Positions 31,779-40,464 of a stretch of DNA of 64,000 nt are shown piece by piece. Under the pieces are notes generated by a model. The model was not told where the DNA came from. It made no database searches and saw only the letters and a list, made by a program, of their open reading frames with translations. Position 1 is the first letter of the stretch, and each line of letters opens with the position of its first letter. Made by a program: the position numbers and the translations under genes. The DNA is from Parcubacteria group bacterium (GTDB taxonomy: Bacteria > Patescibacteriota > Minisyncoccia > Phycocordibacterales > Phycocordibacteraceae), in NCBI GenBank assembly GCA_028286605.1, contig JAQBRE010000002.1:191720-255719 (forward strand). Direction: 5' to 3'.

Positions 31779-31790
31779 TAGAGTACCCGC

Positions 31791-32093
31791 ATGACCGCGC
31801 ACGCAACGCCCGACGATGTTAAGAAACTGGCCGCCCTCGCGCGCCTTTCCGTTTCTGAAAAAGACCTGCCGAAGCTAGCTGCGGAATTCGACAGTATCCT
31901 TGCGTATATCGGTCAGCTCGATGAGCTCGCTCTTCCGAAAGCGGAGGGGCCACGCGTAACGGATGTCGTGAATTCATTCCGTGCCGATGGTGCGCCGCAC
32001 GAGAAAGGCGAGTTCACCAAAAAGATCGTCGATGCATTCCCGCAGAAGGAAGGGAACGCCCTTTCAGTGAAGCAGATCATCGTCAACGATTAA
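31791..32093 (+). CDS. gatC: Asp/Glu-tRNA amidotransferase subunit C
   Basis: VKKLAALARL, ILAYIGQL, FRAD; precedes gatA. Confidence 0.92.
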   Translation: MTAHATPDDVKKLAALARLSVSEKDLPKLAAEFDSILAYIGQLDELALPKAEGPRVTDVVNSFRADGAPHEKGEFTKKIVDAFPQKEGNALSVKQIIVND

Positions 32094-32094
32094 T

Positions 32095-33531
32095 ATGACC
32101 AATCTTAAAAATAGTCTCGCAGAACTCACGATAACTGAAGCCGCACGCATGCTCCGCACGAAGGAGTGTACCGTGCGTGAACTTTGGGATGCGTGTGCCG
32201 CAGCGGCGAGTGCACAGAACGAAAAGCTTAATGCATACCTCGAGCTATTCGTTGCAGACGATGCTGCTATCGACGCTGCACAGGCACGTATCGGTAGCGG
32301 CGATGCGCCGCTTCTTTGCGGCATTCCGCTCGCAATCAAAGACAATATTTTAATAGAAGGACATATCGCGAGCGCAGCGAGCAAGATGCTTGAGAACTAC
32401 AAGGCCACGTATGATGCGACGGTTATCACGAAGCTGCGCGCCGCAGGCGCGCTCTTCCTCGGCCGTACGAATATGGACGAGTTTGCCATGGGAAGCTCCA
32501 CTGAACATTCCGCATTCGGTCGCGTAAAGAATCCGTATGATCATGCGCGCGTGCCCGGCGGTTCTTCCGGCGGTTCGGCTGCGGCAGTCGCCGCTCACAT
32601 GGCCATCGCGTCGCTCGGCACTGATACGGGCGGTTCCATTCGTCAGCCTGCTGCACACACCGGCCTTGTCGGACTCAAGCCAACTTATGGTGCAGTCTCG
32701 CGCTCTGGGGCTATAGCGCTCGGTTCTTCCCTGGATCAGATCGGTCCGTTCGGAAAGAGCGTCGCTGACACCAAAGCACTCTTCGATACTATTAAAGGTG
32801 CGGATACGCTCGACGCTACCACCACGCCGCCAGACACCTATATCGTTCGTGATGCGAAGAAGTCGCTTCGTATTGGAATTCCGATGCGTCTCCTCGAAGA
32901 GGGAATCGATGCGGATGTACGCGCTGCCTTTGACGCGACCATAGAGAAACTCAAGAGCGAAGGCCATACGGTGGTGGATATTTCACTTCCAACCAGCAAG
33001 TATGCGCTCCCGGTGTACTACGTGATCATGCCGGCTGAAGCGTCGACGAATCTTTCCCGTTATGACGGTATCCGTTATGGTCTCGCTGAACGCAGCGCAA
33101 CGTTGCTTGATGACTACATCGATTCCCGTACGAAGGGATTCGGTGCAGAGACGCAGCGCCGCATTCTGCTCGGCACCTTCGTGCTTTCTTCGGGATACAT
33201 CGATGCCTATTACCGAAAAGCAGACGCCGCACGCGGCGTCCTTACGGCAGAATATGATACGGCGTTCGAATCCTGCGATGTCATCGCATTTCCAACGACG
33301 CCCTCGCCGGCCTTCAAGGCCGGCGAGAAGTCCGATCCTGTCTCCATGTATCTTGAAGATGTCTTCACCGTAACGGCGAATCTCACCGGCATGCCTGCAC
33401 TTTCCGTCCCTATGGGTACGGTCGTACGCGAAGAGTCCACCCTTCCGATAGGCATCCATTTCACCGCTCCGAAAGGCAATGAAGAGATACTGTTTAAAAT
33501 CGGTGCGTCTGTGACCGGCGAGCAGCTATAA
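32095..33531 (+). CDS. gatA: Asp/Glu-tRNA amidotransferase subunit A
   Basis: IKDN, GGSSGGSAA, GTDTGGSIRQP, RYDGIRYG, RRILLG. Confidence 0.97.
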   Translation: MTNLKNSLAELTITEAARMLRTKECTVRELWDACAAAASAQNEKLNAYLELFVADDAAIDAAQARIGSGDAPLLCGIPLAIKDNILIEGHIASAASKMLENYKATYDATVITKLRAAGALFLGRTNMDEFAMGSSTEHSAFGRVKNPYDHARVPGGSSGGSAAAVAAHMAIASLGTDTGGSIRQPAAHTGLVGLKPTYGAVSRSGAIALGSSLDQIGPFGKSVADTKALFDTIKGADTLDATTTPPDTYIVRDAKKSLRIGIPMRLLEEGIDADVRAAFDATIEKLKSEGHTVVDISLPTSKYALPVYYVIMPAEASTNLSRYDGIRYGLAERSATLLDDYIDSRTKGFGAETQRRILLGTFVLSSGYIDAYYRKADAARGVLTAEYDTAFESCDVIAFPTTPSPAFKAGEKSDPVSMYLEDVFTVTANLTGMPALSVPMGTVVREESTLPIGIHFTAPKGNEEILFKIGASVTGEQL

Positions 33532-33538
33532 TAAGCTG

Positions 33539-34162
33539 ATGGGAACCACTACGGTTACAACGACCGGTCCGGCCGTACATTTCATTAATGTCGAGTATTT
33601 TTTCCGACTCCTGTACGACCTCATCTTCGGCCTGCACATTGGTTCGGTGAACGTCGGCATCGGCAACACATCTGGTCTCGTTACGCTTGCCGGACAGATC
33701 TGGCTTTTCATAAGCGTCATCGCGTGGATCGTCGCGCTCGGTGCATGCTGGGCGCTCGTCTATTACACGACACGGTACTGGCAGTTGCTTGAACAGGAGA
33801 ATGAACGATACACGACTATCTCTGAACCGGAGGCACATGTACAGGTGGAACATTCACGCTGGGCGTACATAAAACAGCTTATCGAGAGTCCGCAGGAAAG
33901 CGATTGGCGCCAGGCGATCATCGAAGCAGATATCATGCTGGACGAAGTGCTTACGCGTTCGGGATATCAGGGCAATACGATTGGCGATAAGCTGAAGACC
34001 GCGAATCCAGATCGCTTCACGACCATTCGCAATGCATGGGACGCGCATACTGTGCGCAATGAAATTGCGCACTCGGGCTCTGCATATCAGCTCACGAACC
34101 ACGCTGCATTCCGCACGATTCAGAATTACGAAGCGGTGTTCCGCCAGTTCAACGAGATTTGA
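33539..34162 (+). CDS. Membrane-anchored protein with a helical HEPN/DUF4145-like domain
   Basis: TM segment, AIIEADIMLD, RNEIAH (Rx4H) motif. Confidence 0.6.
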   Translation: MGTTTVTTTGPAVHFINVEYFFRLLYDLIFGLHIGSVNVGIGNTSGLVTLAGQIWLFISVIAWIVALGACWALVYYTTRYWQLLEQENERYTTISEPEAHVQVEHSRWAYIKQLIESPQESDWRQAIIEADIMLDEVLTRSGYQGNTIGDKLKTANPDRFTTIRNAWDAHTVRNEIAHSGSAYQLTNHAAFRTIQNYEAVFRQFNEI

Positions 34163-34827
34163 TTCGGTATTTCAGCAATACTTGCGAGTATTCTTCTTCG
34201 AAGCGAGGTGCTGTTTCGTACTTTTATGCGAATCGTGCCGATATAGGTTTTTGAATCACGATCTACGTTTCCATACCCGCTTATATATGTTGGTTTTGAA
34301 AATTGTTCTCTGGGAATATTTGTCTCTTTAGACCAGAAAGAAGTAATTCTCTCGGTTTCGTCATTGTATAAATTATTAATTGTTATTCGAGCATGAATAT
34401 CTTTTAGTGGAATTTGATAACACATATCGAGCCATTGAATTGCGGTATTTATAATCTTTGGGTCTGAATTCGTAAATCCAAACTCCTGACTTCCTCTTTT
34501 GTATCCTTCACCCCAATACAAACCAATTCCAAGCATAAAAAGATCACGGATTTGTAACATGTCTATATCTTCTTTCCCTTGCTTTGTCTGAGCCAAGATG
34601 TCATGAATTTTTCGAGTCTTGTTTTTCTCAATCCACGGAGCAAGTGCTGCTAGTGACGCAGTGCGATGTCGTTCAGACAAGTACTCCTTCTGCTTAGTCG
34701 TTAGAGAAACGTTTTTACACCATCTACTTACAGTGCTGCTGCTTACTCTTAGGTTGTCGGCAATTTCCTTAATACTCATTCCGCTCGCGCGGAGTTCCAA
34801 AGCCCTCCCATGAAGTTCATTTTTCAT
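34126..34827 (-). CDS. HTH plus LAGLIDADG-like protein
   Basis: N-terminal HTH (GMSIKEIADNLRVSSSTVSRW), GIGLYWGEG motif, FTNSDP; AT-rich. Confidence 0.7.
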   Translation of the reverse strand: MKNELHGRALELRASGMSIKEIADNLRVSSSTVSRWCKNVSLTTKQKEYLSERHRTASLAALAPWIEKNKTRKIHDILAQTKQGKEDIDMLQIRDLFMLGIGLYWGEGYKRGSQEFGFTNSDPKIINTAIQWLDMCYQIPLKDIHARITINNLYNDETERITSFWSKETNIPREQFSKPTYISGYGNVDRDSKTYIGTIRIKVRNSTSLRRRILASIAEIPNQISLNWRNTAS

Positions 34828-34884
34828 ACTTTAATGCTAAGCATATATCGGTAAATATTCTCTATATTTTGAGTGAATATAGCA

Positions 34885-34913
34885 TTGCGTTCTTCATATT
34901 TTCCCTATATAAT
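34885..34913 (+). promoter_or_regulatory. Sigma70 promoter of tRNA-fMet
   Basis: TTGCGT-N17-TATAAT, 8 nt before the tRNA. Confidence 0.75.
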
Positions 34914-34921
34914 CGCCGGAT

Positions 34922-35210
34922 AGCGGGGTAGAGGAGAGGTACCTCGGGAGGATTGAATTATAAGGGCGTCCGCAGGAGCAATCATGTGGAAGATCAACTG
35001 CCAAATTCGGTGAAACCCTCACGTCCGAAAGGACGAAAGGCAATGCCGAGCCAAGCCTGTCGAAAGACAGGAAGGTGTAGAGACTAGACGGTAGACACCC
35101 CTCGTGGGTGAAGGCATAGTCCAGACCACAAATTCGTCTTCGGACGAAGCAACGAAAGTTGTAGCGGCAAGCATAACCTCCAGACGCCGGTTCGATTCCG
35201 GCCCCCGCAA
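34922..35210 (+). tRNA. Initiator-like tRNA-Met(CAU), intron-containing (exons 34922-34953 and 35172-35210)
   Basis: Spliced product: AGCGGGG TA GAGG..CCTC G GGAGG-AT^CAT AA-CCTCC AGAC GCCGG TTCGATT CCGGC CCCCGCA A. The 1:72 mismatch and A11-U24 are initiator features. Confidence 0.88.
34954..35171 (+). mobile_element. ORF-less group I intron (IC3-like) in the tRNA anticodon loop
   Basis: P element AAATTCGGTGAA, Q element AATGCCGAGC, R element GTAGAGACTA, S element AAGGCATAGTCC (P7 GACTA/TAGTC). P1 is exon GGAU paired with intron GUCC (U-G wobble); terminal G at 35171. Confidence 0.92.
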
Positions 35211-35280
35211 CACGATTGTGACATCAGGAACCAATACCGGCCCCTGTCAAAGTTGGTATTGTACCGGTTCGGGTGTTCAA

Positions 35281-35317
35281 CAGAAAAAGTCTGCAAATAT
35301 CATGCAGGCTTTTTCTG
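35281..35317 (+). terminator. Terminator downstream of tRNA-fMet
   Basis: CAGAAAAAGTCTGCA-aatatca-TGCAGGCTTTTTCTG. Confidence 0.7.
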
Positions 35318-35392
35318 TGTGTATGCTGGGTGGCGCCCATCTACAGCTCAGGATAGTATGTATCTATTCAAATTACTTAAGAACAATATCGT

Positions 35393-35986
35393 ATGAAGAC
35401 ATCTAACACTCTTTGGATTGCAGTAGCATTAGTAGTCATTATCGTAGGAGGGTACTGGTACTGGAGCACGACTCAGTCTTCAAGCACATCACCCGCGGCA
35501 GTTTCCACCGGTACGCAAACGGCTCCGATAGCGTCAACAGTAAATGTAGGTTCGAACGCGCAGCTCCCTAGCTACCTAACTGCAGCAAACGGAATGGCAC
35601 TGTATACCTATAATGCTGATACGTCAGGGGTAAGCAACTGCACTGGTTCATGTGCTGGATTCTGGCCTCCGTATACAGTTTCGAGCACAGCCAATATCTC
35701 TGCGGGATCAGACATCTCAGGAACCATCGGAACGATAAAGCGTGCAGATGGAAGCATGCAGGTTACCTATAACGGCATGCCTCTCTATTTCTTCGTTCAG
35801 GACAAGAATTCTGGACAGGTAACAGGGAACGGAGTACAAAACTTCTCAATCGCTACGCCAACCACGGTGTCGGCACAAAAAGCGGCTGCTGCACCAAAGA
35901 CCGTGGCACCCGCTGCGCCTGTAGTAGCTCCGGTTAAAACAACGCCTGCGCCTACGACACCTGCCCCGTACAACTACAATTATTAA
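35393..35986 (+). CDS. COG4315-type secreted repeat protein
   Basis: GMALYTY..D..SNCTGSCAGFWPP and QVTYNGMPLYFF.D repeats. Confidence 0.85.
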   Translation: MKTSNTLWIAVALVVIIVGGYWYWSTTQSSSTSPAAVSTGTQTAPIASTVNVGSNAQLPSYLTAANGMALYTYNADTSGVSNCTGSCAGFWPPYTVSSTANISAGSDISGTIGTIKRADGSMQVTYNGMPLYFFVQDKNSGQVTGNGVQNFSIATPTTVSAQKAAAAPKTVAPAAPVVAPVKTTPAPTTPAPYNYNY

Positions 35987-36021
35987 TCGCATCTGAGCTG
36001 GGAACTCCGGTTTCTATACTC

Positions 36022-36061
36022 AAAAGAAAAAGCTCGCACGGTACGCGCGAGCTTTTTCTTT
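36022..36061. terminator. Bidirectional terminator
   Basis: AAAGAAAAAGCTCGC...GCGAGCTTTTTCTTT. Confidence 0.75.
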
Positions 36062-36072
36062 CATCGTACTTC

Positions 36073-36624
36073 TTACTTCGCGATACCTTTCACGTAGGCA
36101 AGCATCGTCTCTGCATCTGATACTTCGAATGGGTCTTCAGGATAATCGTCGGAAAGTCCTGGTTCAATGAAGAGCTTCTGTATGACGCCGTCTTTGACGA
36201 GCATCGAGTAGCGCCAGCTACGGTTACCGAATCCGAGATTCTCTTTCTTTACGAGCATTCCCATCTTCTCAGTGAATTCGCCGTTTCCATCGGGAAGCAC
36301 TTGTACGTGCTTCAGTCCGAGCTTGTCTGCCCATTGCTTCATCACGAATGCGTCGTTGACCGAAAGGCAGTAGATCGCATCTATGCCCGCTGCTTTGAAC
36401 TCGTCATACTTCGCTTCGTAGCCGGGGGCATGGGTTGTAGAGCAGGTAGGAGTAAATGCACCCGGAAGGCCGAATACGACTACATTCTTTCCGTCAAAAA
36501 TCTCTGCAGATGAAACATCTTGCCAGCGATAGGGGTTTTCACCGCCGACAGATTCATCGCGCACACGGGTCTTGAATATAGCCTCAGGGATATGTTCTTT
36601 TTCTTTTAGTGGTTGAGGGCTCAT
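36073..36624 (-). CDS. Peroxiredoxin, Prx5 type (copy 1)
   Basis: PGAFTPTCS, SVNDAFVM, RSWRYSM. Confidence 0.95.
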   Translation of the reverse strand: MSPQPLKEKEHIPEAIFKTRVRDESVGGENPYRWQDVSSAEIFDGKNVVVFGLPGAFTPTCSTTHAPGYEAKYDEFKAAGIDAIYCLSVNDAFVMKQWADKLGLKHVQVLPDGNGEFTEKMGMLVKKENLGFGNRSWRYSMLVKDGVIQKLFIEPGLSDDYPEDPFEVSDAETMLAYVKGIAK

Positions 36625-36686
36625 CGTGGTTTTGTTACTAGAAAATTAATCTTAAATATAGCACGAATCAGTGGTAGTATGAATGA

Positions 36687-37097
36687 ATGAAACGGTTTCG
36701 GCACATAGTAGCCTTTTCGTTAGGCCTATTCCTGCTTGTCGGGGTCTCTGTCTGCGCAAGCATGATGCTTATGTCGCAGCCGCACGCAAGCCTGAATGCG
36801 CCTGTGTCGTATCACCAGCTTTGCGCACCCCTCGGAAATTTTCCCTGTTTGCCTCTGGGTCATCTTGTGGTCTGGCAGGTGATATTTAGCGGCATTCCAA
36901 GGCTGATTACGTTCCTGGCGCTTCTCATCTCCATAGGCATCTCGTGCGCTTTTTCAATTTTCTTTACGCGGAGACGTGTGATGCGAGATGTGCGAGCACA
37001 CACCGCGCAAGCTGCTCGTTCCAGACTCCTACCGAGTACGCCCCTGCAGGAAGCTTTTTCGAACGGCATCCTTCACTCGAAGCGGTTTTCATACTAG
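36687..37097 (+). CDS. Two-TM Cys/His/Met-containing protein upstream of dsbA; possible leader or regulatory ORF
   Basis: Signal/TM, then C..C..H..W, second TM, and C-terminal LQEAFSNGILHSKRF. Confidence 0.6.
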   Translation: MKRFRHIVAFSLGLFLLVGVSVCASMMLMSQPHASLNAPVSYHQLCAPLGNFPCLPLGHLVVWQVIFSGIPRLITFLALLISIGISCAFSIFFTRRRVMRDVRAHTAQAARSRLLPSTPLQEAFSNGILHSKRFSY

Positions 37098-37156
37098 ATC
37101 ATCGGTCTAACTGATGTGGTAGCGCCGCTGCGCTTATTCCATCGGTATTATTCACT

Positions 37157-37885
37157 ATGACTATTCGTATGAAATTAGAATTCAAATTAAACACACTCAT
37201 CTTACCCGTTGCAGTGCTTGTCGCAGCTATCCTCATCTCAGGTTCTCTGTTGTGGAGCAGTAATCGCGCATCGGCGGCGGCGATTGCGGCGAACACGCCG
37301 CCTGGAGCGCAAGCGCCATCGATACCAGTCGATTCAAACAAGGTAGTCACGGACAATGAACCGTATGTCGGAGACCAAAACGCCCCTATTACTATCGCGT
37401 ACTGGTTCGATTACCAGTGCCCATTCTGCCACCAGGACGAAGAGACCGTGATACCGACACTCATTCAACAGTATGTAGATACTGGGAAAGTGAAAATCGT
37501 ATTCAAGGATTTCCAGTTTCTTGGCGCTGATTCGACGACACTCGGAGAAGTAGCACGTGCTGTATGGGAAGTATCGCCTAACCAGTTCTATGCATGGCAC
37601 AAGGCAATGTTCGATGCGCAGGGGACTGAGAACACCGGATGGGCAACTCCAGAGAAGATCAAATCAGTGACGACAAACATTCTGGGAGCTGCTACGGCAG
37701 ATAAGGTGCTCGCGCTCTCCGTAAGCAAGGCGGCTACCTACCAGCAAGAGATGCAGGCAGACCAGACTGAAGCAGAGAACTTCGGCGTAAATGGAACCCC
37801 GTCTATGATTATTGGCAAGCAGATTATTGTCGGTGCACAGCCTATCGCGCAGTTTGAGGCAGCGATTGCGGCAGCAAGCAAATAA
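37157..37885 (+). CDS. DsbA family oxidoreductase
   Basis: DYQCPFC, FKDF, GVNGTP. Start may be 37169. Confidence 0.92.
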   Translation: MTIRMKLEFKLNTLILPVAVLVAAILISGSLLWSSNRASAAAIAANTPPGAQAPSIPVDSNKVVTDNEPYVGDQNAPITIAYWFDYQCPFCHQDEETVIPTLIQQYVDTGKVKIVFKDFQFLGADSTTLGEVARAVWEVSPNQFYAWHKAMFDAQGTENTGWATPEKIKSVTTNILGAATADKVLALSVSKAATYQQEMQADQTEAENFGVNGTPSMIIGKQIIVGAQPIAQFEAAIAAASK

Positions 37886-37892
37886 GAGAGAT

Positions 37893-38660
37893 ATGGATCA
37901 GAAACGCATGCTGCTCTGGGTGTTCTTTCTCGTCGCCATATCTGGTATCGTGGTCGCTGTCTTAGCTGTCTCAGGAAAGGGGGGTACGCCTGCACCAACG
38001 CAGGCCGTACAACTAACTGCGCCGGTTACTGCGGCGGATCATACCATTGGTTCTAGCAGTGCTCCGGTCACTGTCGTCGAGTACGCTGACTTCCAGTGCC
38101 CTGCATGTCAGGAGTACTCGCCGATTATTACGCAGCTGGTCAAAGACGAAGGACCGAAGGTGTATTTCGCCTATAGGTATTTCCCTTTGACGCAGCACAT
38201 GAACGCGCTTCCTTCTGCCAAAGCAGCAGAAGCAGCAGGGCTACAGGGAAAGTTCTGGGAGATGCATGACCTTCTCTTCGCTAACAATGCGGACTGGGAG
38301 AACCTACAGGACCCAACCCTGGTCTTCGTGGGATATGCGAAAACGCTTGGGCTTGATACGACGCAGTTCGCACAGGATATGAAATCGGCCAAGGTGGCTG
38401 GAGTAGTGAATACTGATCTTGCTTTTGCGGATGCCAACCAGCTTACGTATACTCCGAGCATCTTCGTGAATGGCGTGCTCATCAATAATCCGTCTAGCTA
38501 TGCGGACTTCAAGAAGCTCATCGATGACGCAGCAGGGACTCCCGTTCCGCAGACTGCGTCAGCGCCAAGCTCTGCAGGATCCGCGACGATCGCAGCGACC
38601 TCTACTGCCGCCGCACCCGCTGCATCCGCGCCGGCGGCACCGAAACCGTATGCTTGGTAA
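37893..38660 (+). CDS. DsbA family oxidoreductase 2
   Basis: YADFQCPAC, YRYFPL, QGKFWEMHD, YTP. Confidence 0.92.
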   Translation: MDQKRMLLWVFFLVAISGIVVAVLAVSGKGGTPAPTQAVQLTAPVTAADHTIGSSSAPVTVVEYADFQCPACQEYSPIITQLVKDEGPKVYFAYRYFPLTQHMNALPSAKAAEAAGLQGKFWEMHDLLFANNADWENLQDPTLVFVGYAKTLGLDTTQFAQDMKSAKVAGVVNTDLAFADANQLTYTPSIFVNGVLINNPSSYADFKKLIDDAAGTPVPQTASAPSSAGSATIAATSTAAAPAASAPAAPKPYAW

Positions 38661-39135
38661 GTTGCTTAACGGAATCCTCCAGAAACTGTCGATAAGCCCG
38701 ATACTGCTTTGGTTGTTCAGCTTGCTCGCGACGCTCGGCTTCATCGATTCGGTCTATCTGACGATCGATCACTATACGCATGGCATCGTGCCGTGTTATG
38801 TAGGAAGTTGCGAAACAGTGCTCACGAGCTCATATGCGAATGGTCTCTTCGGTATCCCGATACCGGTTGCCGTGCTGGGTGTCATATTCTATTTTTCAGT
38901 CCTAGTACTCCTCATGGTGTATTTCGATTCAAAGAATAAAATCGCGCTCTTGCTCGCATTGCTTGCGACATCAATAGGGGTTCTTGCCTCCGGATATTTC
39001 ATCTATCTCCAGGCAGATGTCATTGGTGCATGGTGTCAGTATTGTCTCTTCTCGGCGTTCACGTCGACGACGATGTTTGTAATCGCATTACTGGTAACAA
39101 CTAAAATATGGATGAATTCTTCTTCCACCTCGTAA
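38650..39135 (+). CDS. VKOR family disulfide-bond protein
   Basis: CYVGSC..VLTS.Y and WCQYC motifs; four TMs. Confidence 0.9.
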   Translation: MLGKLLNGILQKLSISPILLWLFSLLATLGFIDSVYLTIDHYTHGIVPCYVGSCETVLTSSYANGLFGIPIPVAVLGVIFYFSVLVLLMVYFDSKNKIALLLALLATSIGVLASGYFIYLQADVIGAWCQYCLFSAFTSTTMFVIALLVTTKIWMNSSSTS

Positions 39136-39704
39136 ACAATCTTGCCGGGCAATCGGCAAGCGTGGATACAGTAGTGAAGTATCTCTCCACTAATGATCAG
39201 CCGATCATGGAGTGGGTAGGGGTGCTGTGCATTGGGTTTGCAGGAGGCAGACTCCTCAAGCCAAAGGTCAGGATGGGAATCGTGGTCGTGATCTCTGGAC
39301 TCATCACCGGATATATCGCGCTCATGACGAACTTCTTCTTGTGGTTCCATCGTGCACGGCCGTACACGGTGCTGACCGGGAATGATATACATCTCTTGAC
39401 CAAGGTAAGCGCCGCACAAGCATACACTTCGTTCCCTTCGGGGCATGCGATGTTCTTCTTCTCAATTGCAACTGCTGTGTTCCTCACGGACAAGTGCAAA
39501 TGCAAGAAGTTGGGCTGGCTCGCATATGCTGTTGCAACGGTGTTAAGTCTGAGCAAGCTCTACGTGGGAGCGCATTGGCCAAGCGATCTTATTGTCGGCG
39601 GCCTGCTCGGTTCTGCCATCGCATGGATCGTGTGGCGTATTGTGAAGTGCGTGTGCAAGCGGATACAGTCTCGAAAGACCGTTCCTGAAATAGTGAAAGT
39701 GTAG
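39108..39704 (+). CDS. PAP2 family phosphatase
   Basis: RARP, SFPSGHA, SKLYVGAHWPSD (Lys in place of the usual motif-3 Arg). Confidence 0.88.
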   Translation: MDEFFFHLVNNLAGQSASVDTVVKYLSTNDQPIMEWVGVLCIGFAGGRLLKPKVRMGIVVVISGLITGYIALMTNFFLWFHRARPYTVLTGNDIHLLTKVSAAQAYTSFPSGHAMFFFSIATAVFLTDKCKCKKLGWLAYAVATVLSLSKLYVGAHWPSDLIVGGLLGSAIAWIVWRIVKCVCKRIQSRKTVPEIVKV

Positions 39705-39740
39705 GAGTGCGTGTCAATCCGCGTTCTGCGGAACATGAGT

Positions 39741-39776
39741 AAGACGAACGGCGCGAGAAATCGCGCCGTTCGTCTT
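39741..39776. terminator. 16-bp perfect hairpin between convergent genes
   Basis: AAGACGAACGGCGCGA-gaaa-TCGCGCCGTTCGTCTT. Confidence 0.7.
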
Positions 39777-39827
39777 GTATTGCTTGGTACCGTACCCGTG
39801 CTGGCAATACGTTAAATGCACTGATTC

Positions 39828-40379
39828 TTATGCGGCGCTCCCTTTCACATACGCAAGCATCGTCTCTGCATCCGATACTTCGAAGGGGTCCTCGGGGTAA
39901 TCATCAGAGAGGCCGGGCTCAATAAAGAGTTTCTGTATGACGCCGTCTTTTACGAGCATGGAATAGCGCCAGCTACGATTACCGAACCCAAGATTCTCTT
40001 TCTTCACGAGCATGCCCATCTTTTCGGTGAACGCGCCGTTCCCGTCCGGAAGCATTTTTACGTTCTCAAGTCCGAGCTTGTCTGCCCACTGCTTCATGAC
40101 GAACGCGTCGTTCACTGAGAGACAATAGATCTCATCGATCCCGAGCGCTTTGAATTCATCGTACTTCGCTTCGTACCCCGGAGCATGCGTCGTAGAGCAG
40201 GTAGGTGTGAACGCGCCCGGAAGACCGAACACCACTACATTCTTTCCATCAAAAATCTCTGCGGACGGTACATCCTGCCAACGGTACGGGTTCTCACCGC
40301 CGATAGATTCATCGCGCACGCGAGTCTTGAAAACTGTTGCAGGAACACATTCTTCTTCTTTCAGGGGTTGGTGTGACAT
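39828..40379 (-). CDS. Peroxiredoxin, Prx5 type (copy 2)
   Basis: Same length and near-identical protein to 36073-36624. Confidence 0.95.
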   Translation of the reverse strand: MSHQPLKEEECVPATVFKTRVRDESIGGENPYRWQDVPSAEIFDGKNVVVFGLPGAFTPTCSTTHAPGYEAKYDEFKALGIDEIYCLSVNDAFVMKQWADKLGLENVKMLPDGNGAFTEKMGMLVKKENLGFGNRSWRYSMLVKDGVIQKLFIEPGLSDDYPEDPFEVSDAETMLAYVKGSAA

Positions 40380-40464
40380 GATGTTTTGTTAGTAGAAAAT
40401 CAGGCATACGATACCACGATCCGGTTGTAGCGTGAATGAAGTGTGCCGAGAGCTACGGCAACGA

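Noticed and set aside
35228-35270. Imperfect hairpin (GAACCAATACC...GGTATT...GGTTC) after tRNA-fMet as a separate ncRNA
   Set aside because: Single copy with no recognisable family features; may simply be trailer structure.
35019-35406. Short ORFs overlapping the intron as an intron-encoded protein
   Set aside because: They cross the conserved ribozyme core and exon and have no endonuclease motifs. The intron is ORF-less.
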